A stretch of DNA of 64,000 bases from an uncultured delta proteobacterium (GTDB taxonomy: Bacteria > Desulfobacterota > Binatia > UBA9968): assembly GCA_963745835.1 (NCBI GenBank), contig CAVUZH010000003.1:992001-1056000 (forward strand), given 5' to 3'. A program made the translations under genes and the position numbers. Below the pieces are notes generated by a model that was given only the letters and a program-made list of their open reading frames with translations, was not told the DNA's origin and did not search any database. Below are positions 57,811 through 64,000 of this stretch, piece by piece. Position 1 is the first letter of the stretch; every line of letters begins with the position of its first letter.

Positions 57811-58536
57811 ATGGTTTTTACAAGCTGGCGCGGTGTTGTCGGTGTTGTGAAACCGACACACCGTCCCGGCTCGCTTGAAGAGTTCATCCGTTTGCTACCC
57901 GAAGGGATCGGGGTCCTGCCGGTTTATTTGAACTTCAAACGAGGAACAGTGGATGAATTCCGTGCCGCCCTCGATGCAGTCGAAGACAAGGTTGCCGAGC
58001 TGGCCAAGGAAGGCGTCGATCTGATACATCCTGAAGGGGCGCCGCCTTTCATGGTGCACGGCTATAAAGGCGAAGAAAAGATCATTGAAGATTGGCAACG
58101 CAAATATAAGGTCCCCATCGTCACGGCGGCGCAAACCCAAGTGGACGCCTTACGCGCTTTGAACGTGAAAAAAATTCTTGGTGTCACTTATTTCGTCGGC
58201 AGCGTAAACGATATTACAACCAGTTATTTTCGCGATGCCGGCTTCGATGTGCTGGCCATGGAAGGGATGTCGGTTGCCTTTGAAGATGTCGGCCGCCTCG
58301 CCTCGCAGGAAATCTACGCGCATACACGACAAGCCTTTTTAAAACATCCCGGTGCAGAAGCGATTTATATGCTAGGGACAGGTTGGCGCTGCCTGGACAT
58401 CATTCGTTTGCTGGAAGACGATTTGCAGGTTCCGGTAATCCATCCGGTTCCCGCCCGAGTCTGGGCAGTGCAAAAACGGCTGCATGTGAGGCAGCCTGTG
58501 CAGGGCTTCGGGCGATTGCTTCTAGAGATGCCGTAA
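57811..58536 (+). CDS. Asp/Glu racemase superfamily (maleate isomerase/AMDase-like) protein lacking the canonical Cys residues
   Basis: GVDLIHPEG, PIVTA, ALRALNVKKI, AGFDV, AEAIYMLGTG, LEDDLQVPVI, GFGRLL. Confidence 0.78.
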   Translation: MVFTSWRGVVGVVKPTHRPGSLEEFIRLLPEGIGVLPVYLNFKRGTVDEFRAALDAVEDKVAELAKEGVDLIHPEGAPPFMVHGYKGEEKIIEDWQRKYKVPIVTAAQTQVDALRALNVKKILGVTYFVGSVNDITTSYFRDAGFDVLAMEGMSVAFEDVGRLASQEIYAHTRQAFLKHPGAEAIYMLGTGWRCLDIIRLLEDDLQVPVIHPVPARVWAVQKRLHVRQPVQGFGRLLLEMP

Positions 58537-58707
58537 ACTTCGCGAACCAGCATCTAAGTGCCGGTGACATTCTCTCCCGCCCTGACAGAACGTCATGGTT
58601 AGCCAAGCACGGCTTTGAACCGTCAGACTGTCCAGTCCCAATCTCAAAGAGCCTCGACCCTTGAAATCGACGAGCCGTTAAAGTTTCTGTTCTGCATCGT
58701 TAAGGTT

Positions 58708-59529
58708 ATGACAAACGAAGTTGAAGCGTTTCGCATCTTTGAACATGCGGGATGGGAAGCTATTCCCGAACAGTATCATCAGGCGTTCTGTAGGCTCACC
58801 ACCCAGACGATCGGACCTCTTTTAGATGCGGTTCAAGTAAAGAGCGGCACGAAGCTCCTCGACATCGCGACGGGTCCGGGCTACGTCGCCGCCGCTGCCG
58901 CAAAGCGCGGTGCGACTGTGCTCGGGATCGATTTCTCATCGAGGATGATAGAACAAGCGCGACAGCTTCATCCTGGCATTGAGTTCCGACTAGGTGACGC
59001 AGAGCGGCTATCACTAGGCAACGGACTATTCGATTCGGCAGTAATCAATTTTGGCATCCTTCATTTCGGGCAGCCGGAGCTCGCGGTGCGTGAGGCCTGG
59101 CGGGTTATTCGGGCTGGCGGTTACTTTGCCTTCACCGCCTGGGCTCGACCTGAGGACACGATCGGGTTCAATATTGTGCTGCAATCGGTGGAAGCTTACG
59201 GCGAGCCAAGAATTAAACTGCCGGAAGGTCCACCGTTCTTTCGCTTTAGCGATCCTGCCGAATGCGTTAAGGAACTGATCGGCGCTGGCTTTGAGAATCC
59301 GACGGTGGTGAAGGTTCCTCAACTGTGGCGCTTGTCCGGCGGAGAGGCTCTTTTTGATGTTATGCGAAATAGCACGGTTCGCACAGCCGGACTGCTCCAG
59401 AGTCAAAAACCGGTGGTGTTGCAGAAGATTCGCGCAGCGATCTGCGCGGATGCGGAGCAGTACCGAATCGGAGATGTTATAGAACTACCGATGCCGGCGC
59501 TCATCGCCGCAGGAAAAAAACCCAAGTGA
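58708..59529 (+). CDS. Class I SAM-dependent methyltransferase
   Basis: LLDIATGPG, GIDFS, GDAE, RVIRAGG. Confidence 0.88.
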   Translation: MTNEVEAFRIFEHAGWEAIPEQYHQAFCRLTTQTIGPLLDAVQVKSGTKLLDIATGPGYVAAAAAKRGATVLGIDFSSRMIEQARQLHPGIEFRLGDAERLSLGNGLFDSAVINFGILHFGQPELAVREAWRVIRAGGYFAFTAWARPEDTIGFNIVLQSVEAYGEPRIKLPEGPPFFRFSDPAECVKELIGAGFENPTVVKVPQLWRLSGGEALFDVMRNSTVRTAGLLQSQKPVVLQKIRAAICADAEQYRIGDVIELPMPALIAAGKKPK

Positions 59530-59614
59530 TACCGCTGATGACGGCAGGCAATTCTAGCGCGCTACGCTTCGTAGCTCAACCGTTAAACGCGGCGGCTAAT
59601 GATGATTGAGGCAC

Positions 59615-59824
59615 TCAGTCATCAAGCCGGAAGCCAAGCTTTATGATTACTTGCCAGTAATCAATTTTATTGTTCTCGATGTAACCTCTGGTCTCGATGA
59701 CCTGAAACCAGTGGATATTGTGCAGCGTCTGGCCGGCCTTGGTAATTGCGTTCTGTACCGCATCTTCGACGCTGGTTTTAGATGTGCCAGTCAACTCAAT
59801 TTGTTTGTAGATGTGATCGCTCAT
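59615..59824 (-). CDS. Dodecin (flavin-binding)
   Basis: YKQIELTGTS, WFQVIETRG, WQVIIKLGFRL. Confidence 0.92.
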   Translation of the reverse strand: MSDHIYKQIELTGTSKTSVEDAVQNAITKAGQTLHNIHWFQVIETRGYIENNKIDYWQVIIKLGFRLDD

Positions 59825-59987
59825 ATTTCACCTCGAGGTCTGGTTTGGGTTTAGAAAAGCAATAAAGGTGCCCGCTTTGAAATGTTAATTCTCCAAGGAC
59901 TCTCTTGGATGACTGTCCCAGGGATGTCACACCAGAGATTCCGAAGCGCGCACAAATAACCACGGGCAGTTACTTTCGAGTTTAGAT

Positions 59988-61607
59988 TTATGGGCCGTGA
60001 TGCGTTGCCAGGGGGCTTGTCTCGGCTAGTTGCATCATCTTACGTGCGAGTCTCTCCGTCAGTTCGTTACGATTTCTATAGGCATCCGAGACATTCCAGA
60101 GATTGTTCGACTCGTCTAGATCGTTGGCGAGGTCATACAGTTCGCCCCATTCCACCCCTTCATACAAGGTAAGTCGGTGTTTTTCCGTAATCAGACTTCG
60201 CGCCCGAAAATTATTCTCCAAACCCATGTAGCCGCGTCGCTGATGCTCTTCGATCAGGAGAGAGTCGTAGCCGGTAGCGCCTCCGTCCAGCGCGGGAAGC
60301 AAACTTCGTCCCTGTACCCCGTTGTATCCCGCCAAACCGGCGCGATCCAGGACAGTGCTAGCTATGTCGAGCGTGCCGCATAGGTAGGAATTCACAATGT
60401 TCTTTTTGACGGCACCCGGATCACGCCAGATAAATGGCACCCGAACCAGCCCACGATAGTGCAGCGCGCCCTTTAAAAGTAGCTGGTGATCGCCCATGAA
60501 GTCACCATGATCGCTAGTGAACACGATCACGGTATTTGACTCCAGGCCCAGCGCCACCAGCCGCGCAAATATTTTGCCGATCGAGTCATCGATCATCGTG
60601 ATCATGCCGTAAGTAAGGGCGATTGCCTCACGTGCCTCGCGCTCGCTGATCGCAAAAGTCCGTTGTCCCTCTCGATTGCTCTTGTTCAACTCTCGCTCCT
60701 CATAGAGTTGCTGTAGGTGCGGTGGGATCGGTCGTTCCCCTAAATTGAATGATGACGGCAATGAGATTGATTGAGGATCATACATATCCCAATATTTGCC
60801 CGGCGGTGTGAATGGATGATGCGGATCGGGAAATGAACACTGAATGAAAAATGGCTGACTCTGAATTGAACGCGAATATGTCTCCAAGTAATCGATGGTG
60901 CGTTCCGCGACAAAAGTGGTTGGATAGAGTTCTTCCGGCATTCTCGTGCGCCAAGCCTGCGGCGCGATATAATCGTTTCCGGGCAGCTGATTCTTGGCTC
61001 CGCGCAAGGAGTCGGAATGCGAATGCCGTGCTCTGAGCCATCGTTCATAATGTCCGACCGCCTTGTCACCGTGCCCAATAGCCAGTTCCAAATGGTTGAA
61101 ACCGTAATAGGGGATTGTCGGTTCAAACTCAGGCTCTCGCTCCCATGTCGATGGTAGTTCCTGATCGTAGCGACCTTGTTCGTTGATCGACTTAACGGCT
61201 TCACGCAAATGTTCGTGTGGCGCAATGCGGTTCAAGTTCGATTGCGGCATGCCTACGACCGGAGGAGTGCCGTTAATGCTCTGTAGGTGAGACTTTCCAA
61301 CAAGCACCGTGTCGTAGCCGGCAGCGCGCAGAATGTCGACAAACGTCGTCGCCGTCAGTGAAAGTGGAATGCCATTCTGACGCGCACCGTGCAGCGACGG
61401 CATGCGACCGGTCATGAGCGTGGCTCGATTCGGCATGCAAATCGGTGTTGCCACGTAGAAGCGATCGAAACGCGTGCCTGCCGCCGCCAATCCATCGATG
61501 TTGGGAGTCTGAACCACGGAATTCCCATAACAACCTAGATGATCGGCTCGTTGCTGGTCAGTGATGATCAAGAGAAAATTGGGGTGCTTAGTCATGGGCA
61601 TTACCAT
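59988..61607 (-). CDS. Cys-type sulfatase, cytoplasmic
   Basis: TDQQR, CMPNR (CxPxR), GKSH, DPHHP, TSDHG, ELYDL; no signal peptide. Confidence 0.92.
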   Translation of the reverse strand: MVMPMTKHPNFLLIITDQQRADHLGCYGNSVVQTPNIDGLAAAGTRFDRFYVATPICMPNRATLMTGRMPSLHGARQNGIPLSLTATTFVDILRAAGYDTVLVGKSHLQSINGTPPVVGMPQSNLNRIAPHEHLREAVKSINEQGRYDQELPSTWEREPEFEPTIPYYGFNHLELAIGHGDKAVGHYERWLRARHSHSDSLRGAKNQLPGNDYIAPQAWRTRMPEELYPTTFVAERTIDYLETYSRSIQSQPFFIQCSFPDPHHPFTPPGKYWDMYDPQSISLPSSFNLGERPIPPHLQQLYEERELNKSNREGQRTFAISEREAREAIALTYGMITMIDDSIGKIFARLVALGLESNTVIVFTSDHGDFMGDHQLLLKGALHYRGLVRVPFIWRDPGAVKKNIVNSYLCGTLDIASTVLDRAGLAGYNGVQGRSLLPALDGGATGYDSLLIEEHQRRGYMGLENNFRARSLITEKHRLTLYEGVEWGELYDLANDLDESNNLWNVSDAYRNRNELTERLARKMMQLAETSPLATHHGP

Positions 61608-62188
61608 CCTTTAGATATCTAATTATCACACGAGCGACTGGCTAGGAATGTCTTTTGTGACGATTGCAGCTAAGTGGAAGGAGTAGATAAAACTCGAGGT
61701 AGCCGGCATCAAGAACCCGATGTGTTAGAGACGCAAGCGATGCCAACGAACGTTAGAGTACGACCGGTAGTATTGCTTGACTTACTTAATTCCGGACTGC
61801 GTACTTGCTCAAACCGAATGCCGGACAGTAAAGTATCGTAAAGGCTTCCTTGTCCCACGACTCACGACTCGACGCGGAATGATAATCTGCGTCGAGCAAC
61901 TCAGTATTGGCGGCAGCATCTTCAGCCGCGGTTAAGATCAGCCGCCAGCTAGGGCATGACCGAAGGCGAGTTTCAAAGACCTGCTGAGTGTTGCGGATTA
62001 ATCGAAGGCCAAAGGACGCTCGGTCGAAGACATGAAGAAGCACGGCATCATTGAGTCAATCGGAGACAGAAAATATGTCGTTAAGGTGGACACGGTTATG
62101 TGCAGAGCGAGAGCGGCCCGTTTTTCTTAGACCCTAGCGCCATCGGCAATAGAGCGAAAGCGCACGTCGTGCGCGAGTGGTGAAAAAC

Positions 62189-62266
62189 TTAGAAGACAAG
62201 CCACAGCAGCAGTGTCGATGTTACGCCAACAATGCTTGCAATCATTATGAGTGAGTCTTCTACCAT
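62189..62266 (-). CDS. Putative 25 aa single-TM small protein
   Basis: GGAGG-N6-ATG; MVEDSLIMIASIVGVTSTLLLWLVF. Confidence 0.45.
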   Translation of the reverse strand: MVEDSLIMIASIVGVTSTLLLWLVF

Positions 62267-62610
62267 GTTGTACCTCCATGTTGATTGAACGGTGTGACTG
62301 AAAAATGTCGAGCAACGAGGCCAGGTCTCAGGAAGACGAGCAACACAGCAAACACCACGAATACATCGAGATCGTAATTGGACCAGAAGCCTCGTAACTT
62401 ACGCATAGCACCAAGTTCTTACCGCAATAATGAGACCGAACCGAAATGTTTCGAAACTTCCTTTGAAGTACACTTATGAGCATCTTTGACGACGGCTATC
62501 ACCAGGCAATTTTGGACGCGGCACGCCAACCGATAGACAAACCGCCCGCTGGATTGTTGGAAGGCTTTTGCGCCAGCGATGACACCACGGGCAGAAGGTT
62601 TGAGCATAGC

Positions 62611-62950
62611 GAGCGGCAGAACAACGAAACCACGAGCAGCGCTACCATCATTCACTTAAAGCCGCACATCAGCCTCATCCTGCGCAGATCAAACCGCTGC
62701 ACGCCAAAGAAGACTCGCCGGTGTTTGTGAATAAGCTCGGCGAGAGGATCACGCCTAATCAGTTTTCGAAAGAAACAATGGTACCGAGCCCTGACCAGTC
62801 TGAAGATACGCCCATGGGACTGCTACTTAACCAAAGACACCCTGATCTCGCTCGGTAGTACTGCCCGTGAGAACACTACAAGGTGGCGCAAGAAGCTGAC
62901 ATCTCAATGAGCACTCTAGAGGCAATTACAACACATTCCTCGATAAAGCG
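62611..62950 (+). pseudogene. Decayed tyrosine integrase C-terminal domain pointing at the tRNA-Glu 3' end
   Basis: Frame-hopping translation: IIHLKPHISLIL / QIKPLHAKEDSPVFVNKLGERITPNQF / RKKQWYRALTSLKIRPWDCYLTKDTLISLG / KVAQEADISMSTLE; recognised by eye, boundaries approximate. Confidence 0.55.
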
Positions 62951-63030
62951 ATCTCCAGAAAAAAGTGCAACGGGAAGTGCGACAGAATCAGCCGAAAAAC
63001 AGAAAGCGTAATGGTTCCAGAGACGTGTCA

Positions 63031-63108
<78 letters not shown>

Positions 63109-63112
63109 GTAC

Positions 63113-63188
63113 TGGTGAGCCGTGCTGGATTCGAACCAGCGACCCTCTGCTTAAAAGGCAGATGCTCTACCGCCTGAGCTAACGGCTC
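63113..63188 (-). tRNA. tRNA-Lys(TTT)
   Basis: GAGCCGTTAGCTCAG...TCTGC-CT-TTT-AA-GCAGA...GGTTCGAATCC...ACCA. Confidence 0.95.
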
Positions 63189-63334
63189 GCTGGCGGGCAA
63201 ACTCGTTACTTCATAGCGATATTATCTCACTAAGTCAATGAACTCAGAGGGAACAAACAACTTTTGCGGATTCGCAAAGAGAAGAAGTCGAAAATTGTCC
63301 TCCTGGAAGCACAACCCAAATCGATCTGCTTTTT

Positions 63335-63622
63335 CTAGCGTGGTGCTTGTTCGGTGATAGCCGGTGTGCTCTTAGCAGCAGAGGACGGCGGAACAAACGA
63401 GTCATTGACACGAACAAATCCATGAGCTTCAAGCTGTCTTGCGCAGCTTTCTACGATGCCCGCGAGCATCTGAGTATCTTTAGCAGCTGATTCACGAGCG
63501 ACGCACTTACGCAGGGTGTTTGTCTTAGGATGATAAAGGCTGATCGATAGTGGATTAGTTGCCCCACATCCGGAAAGAGATTCGATGCTGATCAGAAGCG
63601 CAATGATTGATATTGTTCGCAT
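63335..63622 (-). CDS. Small putative lipoprotein (95 aa)
   Basis: MRTISIIALLISIESLSGC lipobox-like; two further Cys; start trimmed to avoid tRNA-Arg. Confidence 0.6.
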   Translation of the reverse strand: MRTISIIALLISIESLSGCGATNPLSISLYHPKTNTLRKCVARESAAKDTQMLAGIVESCARQLEAHGFVRVNDSFVPPSSAAKSTPAITEQAPR

Positions 63623-63679
63623 AAGCTGGTTGAAAATGATAACAGAACAGAAGGCAAATAGGTAAAAATACTCCGTTAC

Positions 63680-63753
63680 GCCCCCGTAGCTCAGTAGGAT
63701 AGAGCACAGGATTCCTAATCCTGGGGCCGTGAGTTCGAATCTCGCCGGGGGCA
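63680..63753 (+). tRNA. tRNA-Arg(CCT), CCA not encoded
   Basis: GCCCCCGTAGCTCAGTAGGATAGAGCA-CAGGA-TT-CCT-AA-TCCTG...GTTCGAATC...GGGGGCA. Confidence 0.94.
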
Positions 63754-63813
63754 CTTTAAATCAACCACTTACAAAACCTTTCTCAAAATCCGCTTTAATC
63801 AAAATCGCCTCCA

Positions 63814-63832
63814 AGTGAACAAATAGTGAACA
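63814..63832. repeat. Direct repeat AGTGAACA x2, candidate integrase arm-type sites
   Basis: 63814-63821 and 63825-63832, between tRNA-Arg and the integrase stop. Confidence 0.5.
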
Positions 63833-63842
63833 GGATTGTCAA

Positions 63843-64000
63843 TCACTTTGAGCTTGCCAGTTCTATGCTCTTCTCACTTCCGTAAACCGCTGCTGTAAAG
63901 ACATTAGTTGAGTTCCGAGTTCGTTGAGCTGGATCGAAATGGCAGTAGACCCGGAGAGTCATTTCAAAAGAGCTGTGTCCTAGTAGTCCTAACAGTTCAA
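63843..64000 (-). mobile_element. C-terminus of a tyrosine recombinase/integrase (partial, enters from the right edge)
   Basis: Manual translation ELLGLLGHSSFEMTLRVYCHF...ASSK*, matching box II LGH..MT..Y with the catalytic Tyr. Confidence 0.85.

Noticed and set aside
61620-62180. ORFs 61786-62043 and 62127-62315 and a fragment reading MKKHGIIESIGDRKYVVKV
   Set aside because: No RBS or motif support; likely decayed sequence that cannot be assigned
63623-63754. N-terminal extension of the 139 aa ORF
   Set aside because: Antisense to tRNA-Arg; the real start is probably 63622

Overview
A bacterial chromosomal segment, mostly core genes with deltaproteobacterial-type synteny (valS-nadC-birA-coaX-fusA2; icd-mdh-sucCD-ndk-rlmN-mtnP-pfkB; lepA-lepB). 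The amidohydrolase, LLM, TctC, UbiD and Mo-hydroxylase content suggests a Binatota/Binatia-like organism (inference). From left to right: the 5' part of aceE, a lipoate ligase, tRNA-Met, thrB, cspA, an orphan nuoB coupled to a degenerate cold-shock-fold gene, a prenyl synthase-menG-DmsC-like operon, a stand-alone PuuD-type membrane protein facing a cytochrome c lipoprotein, and tRNA-Leu. Next come the valS operon, a catabolic cluster (two amidohydrolases, GGT, LLM, PhhB, decayed TctC), a complete System I ccm operon, TCA and nucleotide-sugar genes, and lhr. The last part is a ~10 kb accessory block (Mo-hydroxylase large subunit, UbiD plus a cysteine-less racemase-fold protein, methyltransferase, dodecin, sulfatase) ending in a decayed integrase at tRNA-Glu, then tRNA-Lys, tRNA-Arg and the C-terminus of a second integrase at the window edge. 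About 15 single-base frameshifts, one of them in valS, are most likely sequencing or assembly errors. The best candidates for undescribed systems are the UbiD/Cys-less racemase pair, the orphan NuoB/CSD/DmsC-like/menaquinone neighbourhood, the amidohydrolase-GGT-LLM cluster with non-canonical active sites, and related hairpins before icd and sucC. All of these are hypotheses from reading the sequence, not database-confirmed.
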